From positions 140,306,001 through 140,370,000 of the forward strand of contig NC_135803.1 of assembly GCF_964213995.1 (NCBI RefSeq): a stretch of DNA of 64,000 nt. Direction: 5' to 3'. This document shows, in pieces, positions 50,400 to 62,812 of this stretch. How positions within the stretch are numbered: the stretch's first letter is position 1; each line of letters begins with the position of its first letter. Position numbers and translations under genes: made by a program. The stretch comes from Mustelus asterias. Its lineage: Eukaryota. The notes beneath the pieces were generated by a model. It was not told the DNA's origin. It ran no database searches and was given only the letters and a program-made list of their open reading frames with translations.

Positions 50400-50743
50400 T
50401 TAACTTGAAACAGTCATCATGTAACTCTTAGAGGGGCTCGATCTGCCAATTCTAAATTCATCCTTGCAACTTATCATACTATCCAAGGGGGAGATGCCGC
50501 TGCTAGGTACATTTTCATAAAGAACGCAAATTGACCCATCTTCACCTATTCGGTAGGACACCTCGAACGGGTCGACCCACAGAGTCAATTCACTGGGCAA
50601 AAGTTGAAAAAGTTGTTGGCTGCTGAGTCCGATGATGTTGGACGCCCTTGCTATCAGCGGATCCATTTTGTGATTGATCCTGATGCATCGGTATCCTGAC
50701 CCTTTGCAAGGCATGTGGGGGAACCAATGGTGTCTGTAGTGTT
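50400..50743 (-). CDS. BTG1/BTG2-family anti-proliferative protein, exon 2
   Basis: Acceptor TTTGACAG|AACAC; [27 protein letters not shown] (box A), [20 protein letters not shown] (box B), DGSICVLYE (box C), C-terminus [15 protein letters not shown] stop. Confidence 0.95.
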
Positions 50744-51071
50744 CTGTCAAACAAAGACAACAAACGTTAGATTCAAATGACCAGCAAAATTCGCTCTGCT
50801 TTGCACTCGCTGTTTTGTGAGATCTGAATTCATCCAACTGCGCTTTTCTTTCTTTCCTGTGAGGGGAGAGGAAATAAATAAAGAGAACAATTATAACACC
50901 TTTCAAATATATGAATTTTCCTGGTGGCCAGGATTTCGATTCTCTGCACTTTGTTTTGGCGTTAGTAAAATGATTTCCTTACCGTTGACCTGTTTCACAT
51001 GGAGTTGGCCCCAGAGATAATCAATGCTTCACATTTAAGACCAAACCTACTCTAATCTCCCCCCCTCTCAC

Positions 51072-51189
51072 CTGCTAAAGATTTCTCCAACGACTCGCTG
51101 AAATGTTGGAGCTGCTCGTCAGAAATAAGCCCTGTCGTCCTCAACAATCTGGTGATAAAACCCACGGCAGTTGTGATTTCAGTTTTCAT
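51072..51189 (-). CDS. BTG1/BTG2-family protein, exon 1
   Basis: MKTEITTAVGFITRLLRTTGLISDEQLQHFSESLEKSLA(E); 118 nt ending at GCAG|GTGAG; phase-1 328-bp intron; 118+344 nt = 153 aa + stop. Confidence 0.93.
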
Positions 51190-51649
51190 TTTGATCAACT
51201 CTACTCCAGGACTCATCGGCTGACCCAAAACATAAAACGATATTTCCCTTTTCTCTCTGAATCGGGGAGGCGGGGGGGCGGGCGTTTGATTTTTTTTTTA
51301 AATGTCGAAACAAGAAAACTCGACGTCGGAAACTTTTTTTTCCCCAGAAAAATATTTGGTACGAAACGTGTTGGGGGGGGGGGGGGGGGGACGTTTTCAA
51401 ACTCGATTTTGACGACAAGTTCACCGGGCCCCAAAAACAAAACCCGACGGTCTATTTTTCCCCCTTTTGTTCCGATCAAGACGACGACTTTTTCTGAGGT
51501 TTTTTTTTCTGATCACAAAGGCATGCGGGGAGTCTCTTCGGTGTTTTTTTTTTGTTTTTCCTTTCTCTCTCGGTTTTTTTTGGTTGTGATAGGATTTGGC
51601 TAGAGGAAAAACATTGTTTTTTCAACCAGGTCGACGAAGGCCGTGAGGA

Positions 51650-51835
51650 GATGAAGAGACATCAAATAAAGGGCGACCCGCGGGCCAATCTTCATCGACA
51701 CAAACCCCCCGCACCGAAAGCTGTAAACACCGCCAGCGCTGCCCCTCTGTGACCTCACACACGACGCCTCACAGCCAATCGAATCACCAGGTTTACCAAC
51801 GTCACAATGGATCATTTGCATGTCACGTGCCGACA
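51650..51835 (-). promoter_or_regulatory. BTG-like gene proximal promoter
   Basis: CCAAT boxes (~51684, ~51775), CRE half-site TGACG on minus (~51800), E-box GTCACGTG (51822-51829), CpG-rich. Confidence 0.6.
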
Positions 51836-51870
51836 CGGGGGGGGAGGGTTTTTGCCCTTCCCCCCACCGC

Positions 51871-52036
51871 CAGTCTCCGCCCCCTCCTCCCCAGTCTCCA
51901 CCCCCACCTCCCCAATCTCCGCCTCCTCCTCTCCAGTCCCCGCCCCCTCCTCTCCAGTCCCCGCCCCCTCCCCCCCAATCTCCGCCTCCTCCTCTCCAGT
52001 CTCCGCCCCCTTCTCCAGTCTCCGCCCCCTCCTCCT
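51871..52036. repeat. 21-bp GC-rich minisatellite (~8 copies)
   Basis: Unit CAGTCTCCGCCCCCTCCTCYC with variants. Confidence 0.9.
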
Positions 52037-52137
52037 GGCCACAGAATGTGGACGGCATGAACCGTCCGGGAAAAGAAGTCACGTACGAAGCGACTCAGGT
52101 GCTGCCTTCAGACCTTTGAACGGACCTACCTTACAAT

Positions 52138-52462
52138 TCATAGAAATAGAATCCCTACAGTGCAGAAGAAGGCCATTCGGCCAATCAAGTCTGCACCGAC
52201 AAGAATCCCACCCAGGCCCTATCCCTGTAACCCCACATATTTACCCTGCTATGCCCCCGACACTAAGGGGCAATTTAGCATGTGGGGGAACCGATGGTAT
52301 CCACCTAACCCGCATATCTTTGGACTGTGGGTGGAAACCGGAGCACCGGGAGGAAACCCATGCAGACATGGGGAGAACATGCAAACTCCACACAGTCACC
52401 CAAGGCTGGAATTGAACGAGTCCCTGGTGCTGTGAGGCAGCAGTGCTAACCACTGTGTCACC
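52138..52462 (-). mobile_element. HE1-like SINE
   Basis: Reverse-complement SINE consensus. Confidence 0.85.
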
Positions 52463-52464
52463 AT

Positions 52465-53005
52465 TGACCATTAAGTTGATTTTTCTCAACACCTTACCCA
52501 TGACAGTAACACTAAATTCTGCACCCTCTCCTTTCCTTCTCCCTTATGTACCCTGAATGGTTTGCTTTGTCTGTTTAGAGCTCAAGAAACAATACTTTTC
52601 ACAGTATGTCAATACATGTGAAAATAATAAATCAAATCAAAAAAATCTTTGCGCAACATAAAAATCTTCCCCATTTTGCTTAAAGGGATTTATTTACCCC
52701 TTTGCTTTCTCCGAAAGAGTGGTATTCACCCTAAAAGACGATTTGATTGGATTTCATAGGGGAAAAGGAAAGGAGAGGGTGCAGAATATGGCGTTGCAGT
52801 TACAAATAGGGTGTAGAGAAAGATCAACTTAATATCATGTAGGTCCATTCAAAGGTCTGATGACAGCAGGGAAGAGGCTGTTTTTGATTTGGTTGGTATG
52901 TGTTTTCTGACTTCTGTATCTTTTTCTTCTTGACTGCCTGGTAGAAGGTGGAAGAGAATATGTCCGGGGTGGTGGGGTCCTTGATTATGCTGGCTAGTTT
53001 TCTGA
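52465..53005. mobile_element. Two Rex1/Babar-like 3' fragments in opposite orientation
   Basis: 52470-52645 (+) and ~52770-53005 (-) both match 10430-10745. Confidence 0.65.
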
Positions 53006-53414
53006 GGATGGGCAGACGAAGGCGGGGGCGGCGGGGGGCATGGTTCAGAAACAACACATTAAAAAAACTTTCCTGTTTTATTTTCCAGGGACCTTGTTCA
53101 CAGTTTCATGTTTGCCTTAAATATCTCATTTGGTTTGGATTTTTCTTGAACAAGCAACATACATTGAAATTCCATCCTTCATGTTTCAGATCTTCTCACA
53201 ATTGCAGATATTTCCTAGAAATTCAGAATTACTTGATCTGTTATTCTCACTGCATCCAAAGACCCTCTTTCAAGACTAGGTGCGTTTACATGCACACTCT
53301 CTTAAGCAGCAACATCTCAGTCTATCTCAAGGCTGTCTTGACTCCTGGTCCACAGATTCATTTCATGCTTAGACTCATTCAGCGCTTAAAATTTTTTAAA
53401 AATCTTTTTTTCAG

Positions 53415-54380
53415 GTGAGAAGGATCACAAGCTTCAGCAACCAGGTTTCAGAGTTTGAGCAGCAGCGTGCATCACTGCAGCATGTCTGCACGAGCTTTGT
53501 GGATAGGTTTATTTTAGATGTTGTCACCCTGCAGCTTAAGAATATGCAGGGAGAGAGGGTATGGGTGACCACCAGGCAGTCAAGAAGAAATAGGCAAGAT
53601 GCTCAGAAATCCCTTGGGTGCATTTCACTCCCCAACATAGAAAATAGGAATGGGAGTAGATATTCAGCCCTATGAACCTGGGCCATTATTCATTATGATC
53701 ATGGCTGATCTCTATCTCAACACCATATTCCTGTGCTCTACCCATATCCCATGGTATCTTTAGAGTCTAGAACTCTTCCTATTTCCTTTTTTAAATATTT
53801 TCAGTGATGGCCTCCACAGCCATCTTTGACAGAGAATTCCACAGGTTCACCAGCTTCTGAATGAAATCCATTGCGACTTTGAAGAGGAGAAGATTGATCC
53901 CAGGTATAGAGGGATTTTCTTATGTGGAGAGGTTGAATAAATTGGGCCTGTACTCATTGGAGTTTAGAAGAATGAGAGGCGACCTTATTGAGACATATAG
54001 GATTAGGATTCTCAGGAGGCTAGACAAGTTGGATGCTGAGAGGTTGTTCCCCCTTTGCGTGAGTCTAGGACCAGAAGGCATAATCTCAGAGTAAGGGGCT
54101 GCCCATTTAAGATAGGGCTGAGGAGGAATTACTTCTCTCAGAGGGTAGTGAATCTGTGGAGTTCTTTGCCGCAAAAGGCTGTAGAGATTTGACATTTAAG
54201 TATATTCAAGGTTGATACACAGATTTTTTATCAGTAAGGGAATCAAGGCTTATGGGGTTAAGGCATGAGACTGGGGTTAAGGATTATCATATCTAATCAG
54301 TCTTGATTTCATTGAATGGTAGTGCAAACTCAATGGGCCAAATGGCCGACCTCTGCTCCAAGTCTTCTGGTCTAATGGTC
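53415..54380. mobile_element. CR1 LINE fragments
   Basis: LGLYSLEFRRMRGDLIETY (53861-54094, +); inverted 3' UTR piece at 53635-53860. Confidence 0.75.
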
Positions 54381-54519
54381 CTGGCAGGCTTTGGGAAGTC
54401 AGGAGGTCAGTTTATTTCTACAGAATTCCTAGTTTCTGACCTGCTCTTATAATCACGGGATATATATGGCTTGTCCAGTTCAGTTTCTTGTCAAGAATAA
54501 TGCCCAGGATGTTACCTCC

Positions 54520-55130
54520 TCCCTTCTAATCATCTGAGGTCCCTAAACATTCCTCCCCAGTGAAGTAGCAATTTATTTGAACTTCATTCAATTTAGCATA
54601 CCATATTTGCTGCTCATAACATGATATCCTCTACCTTGGGGAGTCCAAACACAGATTGGGTGACCGCTTTGTTGTACACCTCCATTCAGTCCATAAGCAT
54701 GATCCTGAGCTTCCTATCACTTGTCACTTCAATCCTTTATCTTGCTCCCACTCTGACATTTCTGTCCTTAGCCAGCTACAGTGTTCCAATGAAGTTCAAC
54801 ACAAGCTCAGGCAACAGCATCTTATCTTTCAATTGACATTTTACAGTTTTATGAACTCAACATTGAGTTCAAGAATTTTGTTTCTTTTTCTTGATGGTTC
54901 ATTTTTCCTCAGGTTATTTTTAATCCCTTTATTGTGCATTCAGACAGCTGCTACCCTGCCATTTACATCTCATCTAGGCACAACTTTTGTTTCTTTACGA
55001 GCTCCATTACCAGGCAATCTTTTGTCATTTAATATCTCCTGTTCTGCACCCTATCACAGACCTCCCCTTTTGATCTTCTTCCCACCATCCCTCCTTTCAC
55101 TTGCTCAAAATCTATTATGTCTCTAACTTA
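54520..55130 (+). mobile_element. Decayed PLE GIY-YIG fragment (second family)
   Basis: LYLGESKHRLGDRFVVHLHSV...PITCHFN...EVQHKLRQQHLIFQL, followed by a pyrimidine-rich 3' region. Confidence 0.7.
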
Positions 55131-58100
55131 ACCCCACACACATCTGAAATGTTGGCCAGAATTTTACTGCCCCGCCCACCACAGGAATTGGAGCGGGTGG
55201 GGGGTTGGGGGAGAGAATGGAAAGGTCAGTTGACCTTGGGTGGGATTTTGCGTTTTTGGGATGAGCGAGGCCGTTAAATCCCACCCATTAACTTTGTTTC
55301 TCTCTTCACAGATGCTGCCAGATACTGAGTGTTTCCAGCATTTTCTGGTTTTATCATAAACTTTGTTCAGTGCGTGCATATTACCCTGTCCAAGCCACAA
55401 GATGATACAAGTGAGAACCAGTCTGAGTAGTTCAGAGGGAAAAGAAAATAAAAGAGGCAAAGATAAAGCATGAGAGAGACTGGAAGCTAACATAAAAGAG
55501 AATCCAGAAGTCTTCTACAGGCATATAAATAGCAAGAGTGGATAAGAAGAGGGTGAGGCTGAAGATGGACCAAAAAGTGAATGGAGGCAAACATAGTCTG
55601 ACACAGAACTAAATTTACATATAGACCAATAAAACATTTGCGAGCTATACTGCATTTATGTATGGTGATTTATGTCCATCAGCTTTGTAGTTACCCTTTC
55701 ATTCGTACTTGAGAGCACATTTTTTCATTTCCCATAAAGCAAAATACAATCATTTCAGCGATGGAAAATCATAGCAATAGGCCAATTTGATACACAATCA
55801 CAGTATCTTGTCACATGCAAGGATGCAGAAAATCTACCCTTTGAACTTTCCTTTAGAATGAATGCATTGACAGTAGTGTGTGGAAACTGACTAGGATTAC
55901 AATAACATTCGTTCTTATGTTTCCATTATGGTTAAAGCATTGTAACTATGGTGGGATAGGGCAGGTATGCTCTTTGAACTTAATACCAAAGTAATTTTGA
56001 GACATTTACAGCCCTGAAGACAAACTGAAGTGACTATAGTTTTGGTCATTGTAGAGTTGTGGTCTGTAGTAGAATGCATTCCTGACAGAGTGGCAAGCAG
56101 TTATTCTGGGGATCTTTTTAAAACATATAATTATTACCTCTGGTGCACTGCATTTATCATATCTTGTTACATTCCTGAGAAAGCACTTGAGTACCTGTGT
56201 ATATTTATTACACTTTAATGTGCGATAAGGCATTGTAATCACACATCTCTAATTTATCCTGTGAAGCAATAATTGTGTTTTAAAGAAATATATGAATACT
56301 ATATGTATAGTTGAAAGTACTCAACCAGTTTTCTTAGCTTTTTCAGTCAATTTTTGGTATTTCCCCCTTAACACACTTTGACAGTATGAAACATCATGAA
56401 CTTGCCAAGTGAAACTATTGAGTTAACTATTTTAAAATATGTAATTTATCATTTATTTTAAAACTATTGCCATTAATAATCATAGGAACTTTGTCTTCTT
56501 TCAGTTCCTCTCAATGAACAGCAGCAATACATTGGAACTGAGCACAACAAAAATGAGAGCTCTACATTCCACTAACTCTAGCCTTCTATGCATCATGGAC
56601 TGTCTTCACTTCACCATCAGTGCCCATGCCTTTGGTCATTTGAACCCAAATTTCTGGAATCTCCTCCATACATTTTTAACCATTCTGTCCTTCTTTAAGG
56701 TGCACCACAAAACCTACCGCTCTGACTAGACCTATAGTTAGCTATCCTAACATCTCTTTCTTTGATTCAATTTTTGTCTAGTTACACTTCTGGGAAGCAC
56801 CCTGGATGTTTCCCTACATTAATGGTGCTATACAAATTCAAATTGATTTTATACTGTGAAATAAAATGATTTAACTTAATAACACTATGATTTGTATCAG
56901 GTTTCATTTCATCAAATGTTTGCAGGTTTCTGCTTCAGAGAGACGGAAAAAGCACTCGTGAAAAAGACACAAATTCCTAGTTCAGATCAAAAGCTACATC
57001 TATTGGTTACACTTTCTTCAAAGTGAATGTAAGAAAGAACTTTTAATGCCTTTCACATTCTTAAAATATCTCAAAGTGCTTCATAGTCAATTAATTGGTT
57101 TTGAAACATAGACCCCGGATTTACCGCTAATATGCACGGAGCAAGGCCACACAAACACCAGTGAGATAAGAGACAGTGTGAGATAATTTCTATAAAAGAT
57201 GCTGAGACTGTTTGCAGGTACAACTGAATCAGTGAGAAAATTGATGGGAGACTCAATTTTTAACAGACCATCTTAAAAATGAACACAAGCTGTTGTGTGA
57301 TTAAAAGGGCTTTCCAAACTAGCAATCTTGTCGATCACAAAGGTTCCCTGGTAAGTTGCATTTGTCCTTTACCGGACTGTGAAATCACGCAGTTTAAATG
57401 GAATTTAACTAGTTGTAGTATGGTGCTCAAAGGAAGAGAAATGCAAAAACTAGTGGGTTGTAAGAACTGGAATGCTATCAATGTAAATTTCACTTTATGC
57501 TTTCTGCTTTTCAGCGCTGGTTTATGCCCCAGGTGTCTGATTGAGGGACATGAGGAAGTGTGGTTCTGAGCACGGTGGAGGGGTTATTGAACAGACACTA
57601 TTTTGAACATCCTTTGTGGGAAATGTGGTTTAAAGCTGAACTAACGTTAAGGAGCTCCTTGTGGCTCAGTAGGTAGCGCTTCTCCTTATGAGCTAGAAGT
57701 TCAAGGTTCAAGTTGTACTCGGACTTTTAGCTTTGGAAGGAGTGTTCCGGACATGACGCAAATAAATTGATTATCAGCCTGCTAATCCTGCCAACACTTT
57801 CCCACTCTTCCCCAAGAGGGAAAAATGAGTGTGCGAAGACACAAAACAAACAAAAGGGGAACTCACAGATTGATTGCATAAGCTTTGAGAATTCATCATT
57901 TCCAGAAACAAATTGCACAGTCATTTGTCTCCTTGTTGTGCTGAAAGATCCTCAAGTGTTTTGATGTTTTAAGCAATGAGAATATGCTAGTGCTGGTTAC
58001 TTGCAAGGAAATTCTGAGAATGCCAAAAAGAATCAAACAGGACAATTAAAAGCAGGTTGGGTAGTGAAGGTAATATAAAAGTGAGAGAATGGCCTTCTGT

Positions 58101-58959
58101 TTATGTCGTGCTTTTCACATCTCCAAGATCCCCTGGAGCTCTTTTAAAATCTATTCATTGTGGGTTGGAAAGCCAAATGTAAGGACATTTTTGTTGACTA
58201 TAATGATAACATGGTACTAGGCATCAGATGATCAAATTCACAACCACAAATGTTTTTAATTACTGGATAAGCACACACTGCCAAATACAGAAAGAATTTA
58301 TTTACACATTCCTAAGAACAGAGATAATAAAGTGACTTTGGGCCTCCTTTCTTCCTTGATCTTTAGTTACACTATCTATAACTAAAAATGTACAATCACG
58401 TTATTTTCTTGTGCTGTTTTTGAACATACTCATTGTCTCTTTGACTTGAATGCTTTATAGTTTATTTTCAAGAATTGTTTAATGCCAGTGTCCTCTATAC
58501 CAGAATTTAAATGCTTGTTTTTTTGCCAGCAAAAATGTCCTTGCTGCAATCTCACTTAAACTCTTACAATCACAACCCACATTCTTTGCTTGCAAGTTCA
58601 AGATTGTAGCACAAAGTTATAATCGTTTAGTTCAACAATTCTCTATTTTATAATGTGGCATTTTATCTTTACAGAGCAGCCTTCTGAGGAAGCTTATTTT
58701 CTCATTATTTCATGCAATCAAACACATGTGATTCCAACAATTGGTTCACAGCAGAACTATTAACTTGTCTGTTCTCATTATAGATTCCAACTGATCAGAT
58801 GAGTGATTTCAGCATTTTTCTGGTTTTGTTTCAGGTCTCCAACATTTGTGTTTTTCTGATCAAGCGATGTAATGTTAGTGCTGCCAATTGGAAAGTGCGT
58901 GTAACTGATATCATGGGTGATCAGCATGGCAGTGGTCATGGCATGGCAGTGTTGGGCAC

Positions 58960-60580
58960 TCCAACATTAACTTATTGATCTCATGATGAAGAGATGACAG
59001 GGAGTATGAGCAACTTGGGAGTAAATTATGAAGCAAACCACAAATGTAATAATCTCTAGATTTTTACCTGAGTCTTGGGCAAATTGGCATGAGGCAAATA
59101 ACATTAGAGAGTTATACGTGGGACTCAAAGATTTGTTTGGGAGAAATGGTTTTAATTCATGGATGTTGATACACGTACCATGGAAGGAGGGAGCTGTAAC
59201 TCTGGAATGGCCTTCACCTGAACCACGCTGAGACCAGTGTCCTGGTGAATTATGTAACAAGGGACAGCTTTGCAATAAAGAGTGGGGGTGGGGGGGGTCA
59301 GTGCTCCCATGGGGGGAGAATTGGAAAGTGAAAAGACAAGTCAGGGTACTGAAGCACATAATCCTAACCAAAGTGTGACAGGCTGGCACTCATAATCATA
59401 ATACAATCAGAAGAGTTGATAAGGTTTTGTGAAAGGACAATTATGTTTGACAAAGTTATTGAAGTTCTTATGAGGATGTAATAAGCTGGGTGGATAAGGG
59501 GGACCCAGTAGATGTAGTATATTTGGATTTCCATAAGGCATTTAAGGTGCCACATAAAAGGCCATATAAAGGCTCAAGATAGGAGTTCATGATGTTGGCG
59601 ATGATTTATTAGCATAGATTGGCCACTATCAGGAAATAGAGGGTGGGATAAATACGTGATTTTCTGGTTGGCAAATTGTAATTAGTGGAGTGTCACAGGG
59701 ACTAGTGCTAAGGCATCAACTATTTATGATTTATGTTCATGACTTGGATGAAGGGGCAGACTGTATTGTAGTCAAATTTGCTGATGATACTGAGATAGGC
59801 AGGAATGCAAGTTGTGAGGATGATATAGATAGGTTACGTGAGTGGACAAAAATACTGGCAGGTGGAGTATAATGTGGAAAAATGTGAAATTCTCCTCTCC
59901 ACATTGGCAGGAAGGATAGAAAAAATAATATTATTTAACTGCAGAGTGGTGCTTACAGGGGGATCCCTTACCTGAATCACTAAAAATTAGAATGCAATAT
60001 TCAGCAATTAATTAAGAAGACAAATGGGATGTTGACCTTTATTGCAAGGGGGAATGGAGAATAAAAGTAGGGAAGTCTTGCTACAGCTTTACAGGGCATT
60101 GTATGAGAGCACATGCACCTAGAGAAATGCATACAGTTTTGGCCACCAATACTTAGGGAGGAATATACTTACATTGGACGCAGTTCAGAGATTTAGTAGG
60201 TTGATTCCTGGGATGAAGGGGTTGACCTATGAGGAAAAGTTCAGCTTATATACTCACTGGAGTTTAGAAGAATGAAAGAATGCAAGATTCTGAGGGGGAG
60301 CTGCTGGAAGGATGTTTCCTCTTGTGGGGAATCTAGAAATAAGGAGTCTCCCATTTAAGATGGAGTTGAGAATCAAGAATTTCTTCTCTCAGAGGCCATT
60401 AGTACTTTGAACTTCTCTTCCACATACAGCAGTGGAGTCTGCTTGGGTCATTCGGGTAGTCTGCATTAAAGAGATTTTTGATTGACAAGAGGGCTCTGGG
60501 AGAAAGGCAGGAAAGTGGAATCAAGGCCACTGATCAGCCATGATCTTATCAATTGGCCTATTTCCACTTGTATTTTTTTG
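58960..60580 (+). mobile_element. Decayed CR1 LINE
   Basis: YLDFHKAF, SGVSQGLVL, YVHDLDEG, KFADDT. Confidence 0.75.
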
Positions 60581-60658
60581 TCTAGATCAGCCAGGCCTAG
60601 TGGCATTCAAAACAGTCTTTTCCCAAAACTGGCAGCATTTTCATACAAAGGTCCAGGA

Positions 60659-60753
60659 ATGATCCATGCAAACATAGAAAAAATGATCCATGCAAACCAT
60701 AGAAAGAATGATCCATGCAAACATAGAAACAATGATCCATGCAAACCACAGAA
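60659..60753. repeat. 24-25-bp tandem repeat x4
   Basis: ATGATCCATGCAAAC(C)ATAGAAA-A repeated directly 5' of a Rex1/Babar fragment. Confidence 0.9.
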
Positions 60754-61230
60754 AGCATTCTTTCTGGTTGTATCACAGCTTGGTATGGCTCCTGCTTTGC
60801 CCAAGACCACAGGAAACTACAAAAGGTCACGAATGTAGCCCAATCCATCACGCAAACCAGCCTCTCATCCATTGACTCTGACGACACTTCCCGCTGCCTC
60901 AGCAAAGCAGACAGCATAATCAAGGGCCCCACGCACCCCGGACATTCTCTCTTCTACCTTCTTCCGTCAGGAAAAAGATACAAAATTCTGAGGTCATGTA
61001 CCAACCGACACAAGAACAGCTTCTTTCCTGCTGCTGTCAGACTTTTGAATGGACTTACGTTGCATTAAGTTAATCTTTCTCTACATCCTAGTTATGACTG
61101 TAACACTAAATTCTGCACTCTCTCGTTTCCTTCTCAATGAACGGTATGCTTTGTCTGTATAGCATGCAAGAAACAATACTTTTCACTGTATGTTAATACA
61201 CGCGACAATAATAAATCAAATCAAAAATCA
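60740..61230 (+). mobile_element. Rex1/Babar-like LINE 3' fragment
   Basis: ESILSGCITAWYGSC...LLPSGKRYKILRSCTNRHKNSFFP; AATAAATCAAATCAAA tail. Confidence 0.82.
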
Positions 61231-61539
61231 AAAGAGATGTTCCCTCGCAGCCTCAGGAGAGAAAGGAAACTGATCTTATATAAATAGCATCCATATTAGA
61301 AATCTATTATAAATTTTTAAAAGTGTAGCATTTTCTGTTTTTATTTCAGATTCCCAACATCCACAGTATTTTGCTTTTATTAGGAATCCATGGCTGCTGC
61401 ACAATATTTGATTTAGAACTATAGTGCACAGCATAGCTTTGGCATTTTATCTGAATGTTTTTTGAATGAGTGAATATTGCAACAATTATTTAATCTGTTA
61501 TTAATCCCTGGTTATTGATGCTTCAAAATGCGTTATCAA

Positions 61540-61860
61540 AATGGAACGGGGACCTCGAGGGCACCGTACGTGGACGGAGCCCCAATCAGAAAGCGGGATG
61601 GAGGGATGTGCGCGGGTGCCGGGAAGAAGCGCTGATTTGATTGGCTGTGGTTGGGGCACATCGTTGAAGGCTGACAACATGGCTGTCGGCGGCCGGCTTC
61701 TTGTGCTGGAAACGCCGTGAGTTTTAGAACGGGAACCTTGCCGGCTGTTAATTCGCACCGCCATGGGTTCAGCTGTTAATCGGCAGGCTTTGCGTCCGAT
61801 GGAGCCGTTTAGTCAAATACAAGATTAAACGTATTCAGGGGGCGGTTTCTTGATGGGTGT
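61540..61860 (+). promoter_or_regulatory. CpG island / promoter of an unidentified gene
   Basis: High CpG density, CCAAT boxes in both orientations (~61582, ~61640), YY1-like AACATGGC (61676-61683), GC box GGGGGCGG. Confidence 0.6.
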
Positions 61861-62254
61861 AAATAGCAAATGCTGGAAGTACCCAGCGGGTTAGACAGTG
61901 TTCATGGAGAGAGCAACAGGAATCCTGTTCCAGGCCGCGACCTCCCATTAGAACTGGAACTGTTAAGAGACGTAACATTGAGAGTTTTTAAGCGAGGCTG
62001 TCTTTGTGGGTTGGAGGTAGATGAAACATAAAAGGTTCTGATTGAAACGTCACCGGCCTCCACTCTTGTTTTTCTCTCCAAGGACGCTGCAGACTCGTTG
62101 AATACATTCGCCGTGTCCGCTTATATTTCAGATTTCCAGCACCCGCATTTTTTTCCTTCCTTTGACCCCTTTTCATAGAATCCCTACAGTACAGAAGGGG
62201 ACCATTTGGCATCGAGCTGCACCAACAACAATCCCACCTGGGTGGGATAGTTGA

Positions 62255-62812
62255 AAGTCTTAACAACACCAGGTTAAAGTCCTACAGGTTTATTTGGTAG
62301 CAAACACCACTAGCTTTCGGAGCGTGCTGCTCCTTCGTCAGGTGGAGTGGGAGTTCTGTTTACAAACAGGGCATACAGAGACACAAACTCAATTTACAGA
62401 ATAATGATTGGAATGTGATACTTTACAGCTAATCAAGTCTTAACGGTACAGACAATGAGTGGAGAGAGCATTAAGTACAGGTTAAAGAGATGTGTATTGT
62501 CTCCAGACAGGACAGCTAGTGAGATTTTGCAAGTCCAGGCAAGTTGTTGGGGGTTACAGATAGTGTGACATGAACCCAAGATCCCGGTTTCGGCCGTCCT
62601 CATGTGTGCAAAACTTGGCTATCAGTTTCTGCTCAACGACTCTGTGTTGTCGTGTGTCGTGAAGGCCGCCTTGGAGAACGCTTACCCGAAGATCAGAGGC
62701 CAAATGCCCGTGACCGCTGAAGTGCTCCCCAACAGGAAGGGAACAGTCTTGCCTGGTGATTGTCGAGCGGTGTTCGTTCATCCATTGTCATAGCGTCTGC
62801 ATGGTTTCCCCA
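62255..62812 (-). mobile_element. 5'-truncated PLE (GIY-YIG C-terminus + pLTR), same family as 5746-8682
   Basis: ORF 62554-62781 is nearly identical to the C-terminus of ORF 7452-8393; same pLTR terminus. Confidence 0.92.
62307..62345 (-). ncRNA. Minimal hammerhead ribozyme motif
   Basis: Minus strand CCAC-CTGACGA-A-GGAGC/AGCAC/GCTCC-GAAA-GCTA-GTGG; intact cores, stem I CCAC/GTGG. Confidence 0.75.

Noticed and set aside
50744-50906. N-terminal part of ORF 50400-50906
   Set aside because: Intronic; the real N-terminus is exon 51072-51189
51600-52415. Gly-rich and extensin-like Pro-rich ORFs
   Set aside because: Translations of the 21-bp minisatellite and the adjacent SINE
60659-60753. CRISPR-like repeat array
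   Set aside because: No spacers, eukaryotic context, no cas genes
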